Shown here: positions 44,781 to 53,354 of the stretch, one piece after another
How positions within the stretch are numbered: position 1 is the stretch's first letter
How the letters are laid out: every line of letters starts with the position of its first letter
Assembly (NCBI GenBank): GCA_015064955.1
Contig: SVRD01000001.1
Span: 75,218 to 139,217, forward strand
Direction of reading: 5' to 3'
Source of the DNA: Oscillospiraceae bacterium
GTDB lineage: Bacteria > Bacillota > Clostridia > Oscillospirales > CAG-382
DNA length: 64,000 bases
The notes under the pieces: model-generated
What the model was told of the DNA's origin: nothing
Database searches by the model: none
The model's input: only the letters and a program-made list of their open reading frames with translations
Translations under genes and position numbers: made by a program

Positions 44781-45500
44781 ATGCTTTTATCCCTTCTTTT
44801 TTCCGATGTTGAATTCGGAATGAAGCTGTTGCTTATTCTCGTTTCGATAATTGCGATGCTCCCTGCGCTCACGCTTCACGAATTCGCGCACGGCTACGTC
44901 GCATATAAGCTCGGCGACAAAACGGCAAAGGCGGACGGCAGACTTTCGCTCAACCCGCTCGACCATATCGATCCGATCGGTAGCCTTATGCTTCTGTTTG
45001 TCGGATTCGGCTGGGCAAAGCCTGTACCCGTGATGACGAGAAACTTCAAAAAACCGCGCCGCGATTTTGCGCTTGTCTCGCTCGCCGGGCCGATAACGAA
45101 TTTTATCGCCGCTTTTATCTCGGCGTTGCTTTACGCGCTCACGGCAGTGATCTGTATCAAATATAATTTTGATTCCAACGTCGCGTATGCGATAGAGATG
45201 ATATTCTACTACTCCGTAAGCCTCAATCTCGGCTTGGCACTGTTCAATCTCATTCCCCTGCCCCCGCTTGACGGCTCGAACGTGGTTATGTGTCTGCTCC
45301 CCAACAGGCTCGCGGCAAAATATTCAAGAATCCGTTTTTACACGCAGTATATTTTTATCGGTCTTATTATTTTAAGACGCATTCCCGTGCTCGATATCAT
45401 TCCCGAAATCGTTTTTTGGCCGATTGAGAAAGGTGTTTTCTATATTTCGTACTTTTTCATCGAACAAGTCGGAGTTTCGATTTTCGGAAATCTGCTGTAA
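44781..45500 (+). CDS. site-2 protease (M50) family membrane metalloprotease
   Basis: 239 aa. HEFAHG zinc motif and NLIPLPPLDGS motif. Polytopic. Confidence 0.8.
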   Translation: MLLSLLFSDVEFGMKLLLILVSIIAMLPALTLHEFAHGYVAYKLGDKTAKADGRLSLNPLDHIDPIGSLMLLFVGFGWAKPVPVMTRNFKKPRRDFALVSLAGPITNFIAAFISALLYALTAVICIKYNFDSNVAYAIEMIFYYSVSLNLGLALFNLIPLPPLDGSNVVMCLLPNRLAAKYSRIRFYTQYIFIGLIILRRIPVLDIIPEIVFWPIEKGVFYISYFFIEQVGVSIFGNLL

Positions 45501-45522
45501 AATCTTATAAAATCGGTGATTT

Positions 45523-46233
45523 ATGGAAATCCTTAATCTGAAGGTCGAGCAATACGAGGGGCCTCTCGATCTGTTGCTCGCACTCATTTCAAAACATAAA
45601 ATAGATATTTTCGATATCCCCATTTCCGAAATATGCGATCAATACATCGCATATCTCGACGCTATGCGCAAAATGGATATGGAGGTAACGAGCGAATTTG
45701 TCGTTATGGCGGCAGAGCTTATGCTCATAAAGAGCAAAATGCTTCTCCCGCGGACAGAGGAAAGCGAAGACCCGCGTGCTCCGCTCGTCGATGCACTGCT
45801 TGAGCATCAGCGCGCAAAGGCGGCTGCCGAATTTTTGAAAATGCAGAGCGCAGGTCACTACGACACCTTCACAAAGCCCGCAAGCGAGCCCGAAAAGAGC
45901 GATTATTCCCGCGGCCACGCAGTCGAGCTTCTCACCGAAGCGTTTGCAAGAATCGCCGACCGTGTCGCCGCAAGAAAGCTCGAGGGCGAGCCCGAGCTGT
46001 TCAAGCGGATAGAGGAAAGGTATTATTCTGTCGAGGAAAAATCGCAGGCGATATTGTCCTACCTCGACCAAAGGAAAAATTGCAGCTTTATCGACCTGTT
46101 TTTGCGTGTTCAGAGCCGAAGCGAAGCGGTTGCAGTGTTTATGGCGCTGCTCGAGCTTGTCCGCGACGGACTTATCGACGTCGAAGGCAACGGAGAGGAT
46201 ATCGAGCTTTCGCTCGTTGACGCTCTCGACTGA
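45523..46233 (+). CDS. scpA: segregation and condensation protein A
   Basis: 236 aa. VEQYEGPLDLLLALISKHKIDIFDIPISEICDQYIAYL is canonical ScpA. Confidence 0.9.
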   Translation: MEILNLKVEQYEGPLDLLLALISKHKIDIFDIPISEICDQYIAYLDAMRKMDMEVTSEFVVMAAELMLIKSKMLLPRTEESEDPRAPLVDALLEHQRAKAAAEFLKMQSAGHYDTFTKPASEPEKSDYSRGHAVELLTEAFARIADRVAARKLEGEPELFKRIEERYYSVEEKSQAILSYLDQRKNCSFIDLFLRVQSRSEAVAVFMALLELVRDGLIDVEGNGEDIELSLVDALD

Positions 46234-46239
46234 AAACGC

Positions 46240-46371
46240 CGTTTTCGGTCGGTTTTGGATATCCGTTCACTCTCGTCAAGCTCGTGCGCGGCATAAATGC
46301 TTTGTCCGAGCTTGCGGATATCATAGGAGTTTTTTGAGGCGCATGTCCCCGAAAAACAAATATTTTATTGT
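46240..46371. repeat. mosaic intergenic repeat, copy 2 (core at 46330-46356), inserted between scpA and scpB
   Basis: Core TTTTTTGAGGCGCATGTCCCCGAAAAA with flanks ATAGGAGT / CAAATATTTTATTGT. The left hairpin GAAAACGCCGTTTTC parallels GAAAACGCTGTTTTC at 51743-51757. Confidence 0.85.
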
Positions 46372-46400
46372 ATATAGAAACAATGAAAGGTTGAAGCCGT

Positions 46401-46985
46401 ATGAACATAAATCACGAAACTCCCGCAGCGTTGGAGGCGATACTTTTCGCCTGCGGCGGACCGGTCGCATTCGACCGACTCTGCGAGATACTCGGAGTCA
46501 GTCCCGAGGGTCTTCGCGAGGCGGCGGCGATACTCAAAAACAAATATTCCGACGACAAGGAAAACGGCATACAGCTCATAACCGTCGAAAGCGCATATCA
46601 GCTTTGCACCAAGGCATACGTTGCAGAATACGTCAAAAAGGCTTTGGAGCTCCGCAAAGCGCCCCCGCTTTCAAAGGCATCGCTCGAGGTGCTCGCAATA
46701 ATCGCTTATAACCAGCCGGTTACAAGATCGTTTATAGAAATGGTGCGCGGTGTCGACAGCTCGGCAATCGTCGCATCGCTTGTTGACAAGGGGCTTGTTA
46801 CCGAGCGCGGCACGCTTGATGCCCCCGGCAGACCCGTCCTTTTCGGAACGACGGACGCATTCCTGCGCTGCTTCGGGCTCGAAAGCATCGACGATCTCCC
46901 CAAAACAGAATTGCAAATGACCGGCGAGCAGGTTTCGCTTGATCTTGCAGACGAAAATACAGACAAGGAGCAAACTGATGAATAA
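46401..46985 (+). CDS. scpB: segregation and condensation protein B
   Basis: 194 aa. ALEAILFACGGPV...LSKASLEVLAIIAYNQPVTRSFIEMVRGVDS is canonical ScpB. Confidence 0.9.
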   Translation: MNINHETPAALEAILFACGGPVAFDRLCEILGVSPEGLREAAAILKNKYSDDKENGIQLITVESAYQLCTKAYVAEYVKKALELRKAPPLSKASLEVLAIIAYNQPVTRSFIEMVRGVDSSAIVASLVDKGLVTERGTLDAPGRPVLFGTTDAFLRCFGLESIDDLPKTELQMTGEQVSLDLADENTDKEQTDE

Positions 46986-47469
46986 CACAAACGAAATGCC
47001 AATGAAGCAAATGATAGAATCGGCGCTCTCGAAGATACGCGACGTCGTCGACGTAAACACGGTTATCGGCGAACCGATAATTCTTCCCGGCGAGGTATCG
47101 GTCATTCCCTTTTCGAAGGTTTCGGTCGGTTTCGCATCGGGCGGCAGTGAATTCGGCGGCAAAAACCCCTCGCCCGACGGAAAATCTTATTTTGCAGGCG
47201 GCAACGGCGCCGGTGTCACCATGACTCCGATCGGCTTTATCGTTGTCGAGCAGGGCAGAGTCCGTATTATCGAAATCGGCAACGAAGCAACCTATCAGGC
47301 TCCCAAGGACCCGATCAACCGAGTATTTGACGGCGTGAACGGAGTTATCGACAAGACTCCCGATCTTTTGAGCAAGATAATGGGTGTATTCGGCAGACAC
47401 GGCGAGGAATCCGATCCCGCCGAGGTCGACGTGGAAGAGCTTCTTGCAGAGGAAGCAAACAACGAATAA
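46978..47469 (+). CDS. ytfJ: sporulation protein YtfJ (GerW family)
   Basis: 163 aa from Met 46978 (overlaps the scpB stop). VNTVIGEPIILPGEVSVIPFSKVSVGFASGGSEFGG is the typical pattern. Confidence 0.85.
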   Translation: MNNTNEMPMKQMIESALSKIRDVVDVNTVIGEPIILPGEVSVIPFSKVSVGFASGGSEFGGKNPSPDGKSYFAGGNGAGVTMTPIGFIVVEQGRVRIIEIGNEATYQAPKDPINRVFDGVNGVIDKTPDLLSKIMGVFGRHGEESDPAEVDVEELLAEEANNE

Positions 47470-47561
47470 ACACAAAACAAAAAACGCCCAACTTTCCCGC
47501 GGAAGTTGGGCGGACTCATTTATAAGCACAGTTCGGCTTGACTGAAGAAAAGGAGTACACT

Positions 47562-50500
47562 ATGAACGTTACAAAAAAATTGATCGCAACGCTTCTTTGT
47601 CTGATTCTTGTTTTCGGTACGCTTTTGTCGGCAATGACTGCAACAGCTACCGAAACACCGACCGAGGTCAGAATCACCTTTGTCGGTGACGAGGCAGACA
47701 AGGCGGGATTTGCGCAGAGTATTATTTCGATAACCCCGGGCGACGATGCGCTTGCAAGCGGTTATTATCTCGTTTACTACACCGACGGCAACGAAACGCT
47801 CAAGGATTACGACGAGCTCGCGTCGATTCCCGTAACCGACGGCGGAACCGTCACCTATAACGTTCCCGACGGAATTATGCTCCCGATCGGTGCAAAGGGT
47901 ATCGCCGTTTTTGAAAGCGCGACACGATTCAAGGACACCGCTCCCTCGATAAAGGACGCAGTTGCAACCGCGGCTATTCCCACGATTAAGCAGATCGCAT
48001 CGCTCGGCGAACCCGAATTTTCATTCGGCGCGGTTTCCGACGTTCATATGAACTATGAGCAATACAGCCGCGGCGCTTATCAGAAATGGGCAAACGCGCT
48101 CGATTTCTACAGCAACGCAGGTATTGAATATATAGTCGTCGCGGGTGATATGACGGGTGACCGCGGCGAAACGCCCGATTTGGAGGATCAGTATAAGGAA
48201 TACGTAAAGATAATCAATGATTCGGATATTGATTTCAACAAGGTTATCGAATGCTTGGGCAACCACGGCAACACCTCTGCCGATATCGGTCTGTTCACCC
48301 AATACCTCACCGGCGCAGGCGAGGTTCACCCTTATGCAAATTCGCCCTATTTCCATGTTCTCATAAAGGGTGACAGCGGCGAACGCGACAACCTTTTCAT
48401 TGTTATGCGTCAGGAGATCGAGGCAACCGGCGAAAGCTCGACCAAGGACAATTTCTCACAAGCGCAGATCGACTGGCTCGAAGGCTTGCTCAAAACCTAT
48501 TCGGGCACAAATACAAACATTTTCATTCTCGAGCACTCCCCCTTCCTCAATTACGGTGCAGGCGACCGAAAGAACGGCGGATATACCGCGCTCGTGACAT
48601 TCAACAAGGAATATCCCCAAACGATGCGACTCAAGGGTCTGCTCGAAGAATACAAGGACGTTATCGTAATGTCGGGACATACCCACGTTTCGCTTTACGA
48701 CGGCTGTAACTATTCCGACGAATACAACGCATTTGCACGCACAGTACACATCGGCTCCACCGCACAGCCCTGCGCATACGGCGGAGGCGCGGTCTATACC
48801 CGCAACACCGACGGCAGATATGAGGTTTCCACCACCTACGGCAGTGAGGGCTATACCGTCGAGGTGTATTCCGACTTTATCGTTTACACCGGATATAACC
48901 TTTCGACAGGCAAGAAGATCCCCGCCGCCTGCCTGCTTATTCCCACAAAGGCATACGGCGGTGCCGCAAATCCCAATCTCCCCAAGGATCCGAGCGAGGT
49001 GTTTGTCGGCTCGGGCACTGTCAGCGACCCTTATATTATCGCTTCTGCCGATGATTTTATGGCGTTCACCGCAGGATTCAACGCTTCGACAAGCACGGTC
49101 GAAAGCGAAATGTACGGATACGGCAAATACTTCCTGCAAACCGCCGATATTGATATGACGAATTATTACGGTTATGCGGGAACCGAGGCAAACGGCAACG
49201 CAAAATGCTATTTTGCAGGCACGTACAACGGCAACGGATACAGCCTTAATATAAATATCAACAGCACAAATCAACGCTCGGTATTCCCTTACGTATACGG
49301 AACGGTTTGTAATCTGACTATAAACGGCTCGATTACCTCCGAGGTGAGTGCACAGCCCGTAAGAACTCTTTACGGCAGTGTTATCAACTGTATTTTCAAC
49401 GTCGACGTATTCAGCAATCAGATCGCAAACGGTATTATTTATTCCAACTACGGATTTGTTTACAACGTTTATTCCTCGGGCTCGATGACCGGCACAAGCC
49501 TTTACCCCGTCGCATCGAACGACACCTCGAAGAATTATTGCAACGTCTATTATTCCCGTATAAACGGCTCGGGCACTGCTGTCACCGATGAATACGGAAC
49601 TCAGTCCTCGAACGTATCCGCCATCGCTTCGGCATTCAACAACAGAACCGCAAGCGAATACGCCACCGCATTGAGTAAGCTCGGCGGATTTGAAATCAAA
49701 ACCGCTTCGGTTGTAAATAACCGTCTCGCGCTTGCCCGCCCCGAAGCTCCGATCGTCAACGACAATCTCGCACTCGGCAAGAAATATGAAACAAGTCAGC
49801 TCTACCGCGGATTAAAGGTTGCTCCTTGGACCTGGGACGAAAACGAAACTGTAAATTACCCCGACGAAAACGGCATATCCTTCACCGACGGCAGAAAGCC
49901 CACTCACAATGCAAGCTACAGCGCAACCGAATTTGCAGGATTCCACAAGGATTGCCCCGACTATATCGCAAACGGCTATTCTTGGATCACCGTCGACCTC
50001 GGCAACAGCTATTGGATGAATAAATTCGTCGTCAACTGCGGCACTAAGTTCAACAAAGACGCGGGCATAACCGTGCCCTCGTCGATTTCGGTCTACGTTT
50101 CGGCAGACGGACAGAATTGGGGCGACGCGGTCGCAACGGTAACACCGACCGAAAACGAATCGGTTGCTTCGACCGACGTAGAGCTTGTGCTCGACAATGC
50201 GGTCGAGGGCAGATACGTTCAATACCGTATGGTGCGCGGCGGCAACTGGATAATGGTTTCGGAGATCGAGGCTTACGAGGGTGAAAAGCCTCAAGAACCC
50301 GACACACCTACCGATCCCGACACTCCTACCGACCCCGATACACCTACCGATCCCGACACACCTACCGATCCCGACACGCCTACCGATCCCGACACTCCTA
50401 CCGATCCAGACACACCTACCGATCCCGACACGCCCACGGATCCCGATACTCCTACCGATCCGGACACTCCTACCGATCCGGACACGCCCACCGATCCGGA

Positions 50501-50771
50501 CACTCCTACCGATCCGGACACTCCTACCGATCCCGATACGCCTACTGACCCTGATGTTCCCACACCCGAGGTTTATGTTCTCGGCGACGTGAACGACGAC
50601 GGAGCTATCAATCAGTACGACTATCTACTCGTAAAACGCCACTACTTCGGCACACGTTATCTCACCGATGACGAAATGCTCCCCGCAGACGTTAACAAGG
50701 ACGGCGCAGTAAATCAGTACGACTACATTTTGATTAAACGTCATTATTTCGGAACTTATACGATTGGTTAA
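47562..50771 (+). CDS. large secreted multidomain protein: metallophosphoesterase + beta-helix/GLUG-like region + F5/8 type C (discoidin) domain + PT linker + dockerin
   Basis: 1069 aa from Met 47562 (RBS AAAGGAG). Signal peptide MNVTKKLIATLLCLILVFGTLLSAM. Calcineurin-like motifs GAVSDVHMN, VVAGDMTGD, GNHGN and MSGHTHVS. GSGTVSDPYIIASADDFMAF...FAGTYNGNGYSL resembles the start of GLUG/beta-helix modules. Discoidin-like YSWITVDLG...RYVQYRMV...VSEIEAYE. (PDTPTD)x14. The C-terminal dockerin is DVNDDGAINQYDYLLVKRHYFGT / DVNKDGAVNQYDYILIKRHYFGT. Confidence 0.8.
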   Translation: MNVTKKLIATLLCLILVFGTLLSAMTATATETPTEVRITFVGDEADKAGFAQSIISITPGDDALASGYYLVYYTDGNETLKDYDELASIPVTDGGTVTYNVPDGIMLPIGAKGIAVFESATRFKDTAPSIKDAVATAAIPTIKQIASLGEPEFSFGAVSDVHMNYEQYSRGAYQKWANALDFYSNAGIEYIVVAGDMTGDRGETPDLEDQYKEYVKIINDSDIDFNKVIECLGNHGNTSADIGLFTQYLTGAGEVHPYANSPYFHVLIKGDSGERDNLFIVMRQEIEATGESSTKDNFSQAQIDWLEGLLKTYSGTNTNIFILEHSPFLNYGAGDRKNGGYTALVTFNKEYPQTMRLKGLLEEYKDVIVMSGHTHVSLYDGCNYSDEYNAFARTVHIGSTAQPCAYGGGAVYTRNTDGRYEVSTTYGSEGYTVEVYSDFIVYTGYNLSTGKKIPAACLLIPTKAYGGAANPNLPKDPSEVFVGSGTVSDPYIIASADDFMAFTAGFNASTSTVESEMYGYGKYFLQTADIDMTNYYGYAGTEANGNAKCYFAGTYNGNGYSLNININSTNQRSVFPYVYGTVCNLTINGSITSEVSAQPVRTLYGSVINCIFNVDVFSNQIANGIIYSNYGFVYNVYSSGSMTGTSLYPVASNDTSKNYCNVYYSRINGSGTAVTDEYGTQSSNVSAIASAFNNRTASEYATALSKLGGFEIKTASVVNNRLALARPEAPIVNDNLALGKKYETSQLYRGLKVAPWTWDENETVNYPDENGISFTDGRKPTHNASYSATEFAGFHKDCPDYIANGYSWITVDLGNSYWMNKFVVNCGTKFNKDAGITVPSSISVYVSADGQNWGDAVATVTPTENESVASTDVELVLDNAVEGRYVQYRMVRGGNWIMVSEIEAYEGEKPQEPDTPTDPDTPTDPDTPTDPDTPTDPDTPTDPDTPTDPDTPTDPDTPTDPDTPTDPDTPTDPDTPTDPDTPTDPDTPTDPDTPTDPDVPTPEVYVLGDVNDDGAINQYDYLLVKRHYFGTRYLTDDEMLPADVNKDGAVNQYDYILIKRHYFGTYTIG
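50298..50549 (+). repeat. 18-bp tandem repeat x14 encoding the (PDTPTD)n linker
   Basis: Fourteen in-frame units of CCNGAYACNCCNACNGAY, with only synonymous differences between units. A degenerate 15th unit lies at 50550-50567. Confidence 0.95.
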
Positions 50772-50784
50772 GATCACGATATTA

Positions 50785-50836
50785 CGAGAGAACCCTTTTG
50801 CAAAAGGGTTCTCTCGTGCTCTCTCCCAAAAACTTT
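50785..50836 (+). repeat. GAGAGA hairpin plus conserved 3' flank (terminator-associated module, copy 2)
   Basis: CGAGAGAACCCTTTT (50785-50799) / AAAAGGGTTCTCTCG (50802-50816) followed by TGCTCTCTCCCAAAAACTTT. It shares TCTCTCGTGCTCTCT plus AAAACTTT with 13023-13049. Confidence 0.6.
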
Positions 50837-50953
50837 AAAAACGAAAATCGAAAGATTTTAATCGAGAGCGAAGCGAAAAAGCTTTTTCTATTGACATTGC
50901 CGATTACGAGTGATATAATCGGCTTAGAATTTGAAATTCGGAGGATTTATCAA

Positions 50954-51676
50954 ATGAGAATAATTGTTTGCGAAAACGCAGATGCAGTAGCAAAAGAGGC
51001 GGCTAAAATCTTCGCCGCACAGGTTTATATGAAGCCCAACTCTGTGCTTGGTCTTGCAACCGGCTCTACCCCCGTCGGTATGTACAAGATCCTTGCTGAT
51101 ATGAACCAGAAGGGCGAAATTTCGTTCAAGGACTGCAAGAGCTTCAACCTTGACGAATACTACCCCCTCGCTCCTACCCACGATCAGAGCTACCGTTATT
51201 TTATGAACGTTAACTTCTTCGATCACATCGACATCGACAAGGCTAACACCCGTGTTCCCGACGGTCTTGCTGAAGATCCTGCAGCTATGGGCGCAGAATA
51301 CGACGCAGCTATCGACGCAGCAGGCGGTGTAGATATTCAGGTTCTCGGTATCGGTCAGAACGGCCACATCGCGTTCAACGAACCCGATGAAAAGCTCGTT
51401 GCAGGTACTCACCTCACCTCGCTTACCGAAAGCACCATCAACGCAAACGCTCGCTTCTTCGAAAAGAAGGAAGACGTTCCCACCCAGGCGGTTACTATGG
51501 GTATGGCTTCTATTATGAAGGCAAAGACTATCATTCTTCTCGCAACCGGCAAGGCAAAGCATCAGGCAGTTGCTGAGCTTCTTGACGACAAGATCACTAC
51601 CCAGAACCCCGCAACCCTTCTTAAGCTCCATCCCAACACCATTATTCTTGTTGACAAGGACGCATACGAAGGCTAA
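50954..51676 (+). CDS. nagB: glucosamine-6-phosphate deaminase
   Basis: 240 aa from Met 50954 (RBS GGAGGA): MRIIVCENADAVAKEAAKIFA...LGLATGSTP...LGIGQNGHIAFNEP. Confidence 0.95.
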   Translation: MRIIVCENADAVAKEAAKIFAAQVYMKPNSVLGLATGSTPVGMYKILADMNQKGEISFKDCKSFNLDEYYPLAPTHDQSYRYFMNVNFFDHIDIDKANTRVPDGLAEDPAAMGAEYDAAIDAAGGVDIQVLGIGQNGHIAFNEPDEKLVAGTHLTSLTESTINANARFFEKKEDVPTQAVTMGMASIMKAKTIILLATGKAKHQAVAELLDDKITTQNPATLLKLHPNTIILVDKDAYEG

Positions 51677-51680
51677 TAAA

Positions 51681-51813
51681 GCTTCGCTTTCGAGGGAAAA
51701 CTTGCGTTTTCCCTCGTTTTTTGCGCTTTGCGCTCCATTGAAAACGCTGTTTTCAATGGTTTTTGTGATGTTCGTGCGCTCGCGCCTCGCTCCACCGCTC
51801 GCGAACATCATAG
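51681..51813 (+). repeat. 133-bp segmental direct repeat, copy A
   Basis: Matches 51989-52122 with 3 substitutions and 1 single-T indel by my own alignment. Contains the nagB terminator hairpin and the hairpin CCATTGAAAAC...GTTTTCAATGG. Confidence 0.95.
51691..51722 (+). terminator. rho-independent terminator of nagB (inside repeat A; duplicated at 51999-52031)
   Basis: CGAGGGAAAAC (51691-51701) / GTTTTCCCTCG (51706-51716) followed by T6. Confidence 0.85.
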
Positions 51814-51857
51814 GTGTATTTTTCGAGGCGCATGTCCCCGAAAAATACTTTATTGAT
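51810..51857. repeat. mosaic intergenic repeat, copy 3 (core at 51819-51845)
   Basis: ATAGGTGTA-TTTTTCGAGGCGCATGTCCCCGAAAAA-TACTTTATTGATC. It directly abuts repeat A and is absent after repeat B. Confidence 0.9.
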
Positions 51858-51861
51858 CATA

Positions 51862-51894
51862 AAAGCCTGCTGTTTAGCAGGCTTTGTATTTTTC
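51862..51894 (+). terminator. rho-independent terminator-like hairpin
   Basis: AAGCCTGCT (51863-51871) / AGCAGGCTT (51876-51884) followed by TGTATTTTT. Confidence 0.7.
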
Positions 51895-51988
51895 GTGTAC
51901 CCCATCGCAGTAGATTTCTACAGCTTCGGTCGATTTTGCACGATCTGCACTCGCCTGAACGCTTCTCTGTATTGCACACATCGTTGAC

Positions 51989-52122
51989 GCTTCGCTTTCG
52001 AGGGAAAACTTGCGTTTTCCCTCGTTTTTTTGCGCTTTGCGCTCCATTGAAAACACCGTTTTCAATAGTTTTTGTGATGTTCGTGCGCTCGCGCCTCGCT
52101 CCACCGCTCGCGAACATCATAG
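51989..52122 (+). repeat. 133-bp segmental direct repeat, copy B
   Basis: See copy A. It includes a second copy of the nagB-type terminator (T7 run). Confidence 0.95.
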
Positions 52123-52153
52123 AAGCCTGCTATATCGCGGGCTTTGTTTTTTA
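52123..52153 (+). terminator. rho-independent terminator-like hairpin
   Basis: AAGCCTGC (52123-52130) / GCGGGCTT (52137-52144, one G-U pair) followed by TGTTTTTT. It is a sequence relative of the 51862 hairpin. Confidence 0.65.
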
Positions 52154-52172
52154 AAATCGTTGCGTTTGCAAC

Positions 52173-52200
52173 GTGACAAACGGTATATTTCGGGTATAAT
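52173..52200 (+). promoter_or_regulatory. putative promoter of ldhA
   Basis: GTGACA (52173-52178), 16-nt spacer, TATAAT (52195-52200). Preceded by the small palindrome CGTTGC-GTTT-GCAACG (52159-52174). Confidence 0.5.
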
Positions 52201-52229
52201 AAAGCAAAGAAGAAAAGGAGGCTGTTTTT

Positions 52230-53258
52230 ATGAAATATGCATTCTTCGATGCGAAGCCCTATGATATTCCGTCGTTTGAAAAATACGGCAGAGAAAAGGG
52301 CATCGAGTTTAAATTTTTTGAAACAAAGCTGAATCACGACACATATTCGCTCGCAACCGACTGCGACGGCGTTTGCGTTTTTGTAAACGACACCGTCGAT
52401 GCGTTTGTTATAGACAAGCTTTATGAAATGGGTATCCGCGCCGTTGCTTTGCGCTGTGCGGGATACAACAACGTCGACGTAAGACACGCGTTCGGCAAGC
52501 TTCATATATTCCACGTCCCCGCCTATTCACCCTATGCCGTTGCCGAGCACGCGATGGCATTGCTTCTTACCTCAATACGCCGTATACACAAGGCATATAT
52601 ACGCACAAAGGATTTCAACTTCAGTCTGAGCGGACTGACAGGATTTGATCTGCACGGAAAGACTGTCGGTATCGTCGGCACGGGACGTATCGGACGTGTT
52701 TTTGCCGATATCTGCAAGGGCTTCGGTATGAATATCTTGGCTTACGACAAATTCCCGAGCGAAGACAGCGGACTTAACTACGTTTCTCTCGGCGAGCTTT
52801 TCGAGCAGAGTGATATCATCTCGCTCCACTGCCCGCTTACCGAGGAAACGCGCCATATGATCGACGCAGACGCGATCGGCAAAATGAAAAAGGGAGTTGT
52901 GATAATCAACACCTCGCGCGGTGCGCTGATCGATGCCGAAGCGTTGCTCGCGGGGATAAAATCCCGCAAGGTCGGCGCGGCGTGCCTCGACGTTTACGAG
53001 GAGGAATCCGACATTTTCTTCGAGGATTTCTCGGGTCATATTATGGACGACGACACGCTTGCAAGACTTATCTCGATGCCGAACGTAATCGTCACCTCGC
53101 ACCAAGCGTTTCTTACCGAGGAGGCATTGAACAACATCGCCGAAACGACTGTCGGCAACATTCTCGAGTTTTCCGAAAAAGGTTATTGCGAAAACGAGCT
53201 TTGCTACCGTTGCGGCAAGACAGAAAGCTGTAAAGCCGCTCGGAAAAAGTGTTTTTAA
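52230..53258 (+). CDS. ldhA: D-lactate dehydrogenase / D-isomer-specific 2-hydroxyacid dehydrogenase
   Basis: 342 aa. MKYAFFDAKPYD...ALRCAGYNNVD...GIVGTGRIGRV is the typical fermentative D-LDH pattern. Confidence 0.8.
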   Translation: MKYAFFDAKPYDIPSFEKYGREKGIEFKFFETKLNHDTYSLATDCDGVCVFVNDTVDAFVIDKLYEMGIRAVALRCAGYNNVDVRHAFGKLHIFHVPAYSPYAVAEHAMALLLTSIRRIHKAYIRTKDFNFSLSGLTGFDLHGKTVGIVGTGRIGRVFADICKGFGMNILAYDKFPSEDSGLNYVSLGELFEQSDIISLHCPLTEETRHMIDADAIGKMKKGVVIINTSRGALIDAEALLAGIKSRKVGAACLDVYEEESDIFFEDFSGHIMDDDTLARLISMPNVIVTSHQAFLTEEALNNIAETTVGNILEFSEKGYCENELCYRCGKTESCKAARKKCF

Positions 53259-53354
53259 AGCTTTTTTCTTCGGATTTTACAGTTCCATAACAATTCCAGA
53301 ATATATTCAGAATATCGAGAGTCTACAATTCGGGTACAGAAAGGAGGAGTGTTT

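Noticed and set aside
47485-47512. The hairpin CGCCCAACTT/AAGTTGGGCG after ytfJ has its U-tract only in the minus orientation.
   Set aside because: It is probably still the ytfJ terminator, or a barrier to antisense read-through. With no minus-strand gene nearby I cannot attach more meaning to it.
50291-50563. 90-aa (VGVSGS)n ORF and a 103-aa Pro/Leu/Ile-rich ORF over the 18-bp tandem repeat, and the possibility of a CRISPR array.
   Set aside because: They are alternative frames of the in-frame PDTPTD linker of a well-supported gene. The repeats are contiguous with no spacers, so this is not a CRISPR array.
51570-52154. ORFs in the nagB-ldhA spacer that share the MMFASGGARRERTNITKTIEN start (50924-51811 and 51857-52120), plus the 194-aa plus-strand ORF.
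   Set aside because: The shared peptide simply reflects the 133-bp DNA duplication. There is no RBS, the ORFs run through terminator hairpins, and they are partly antisense to nagB.
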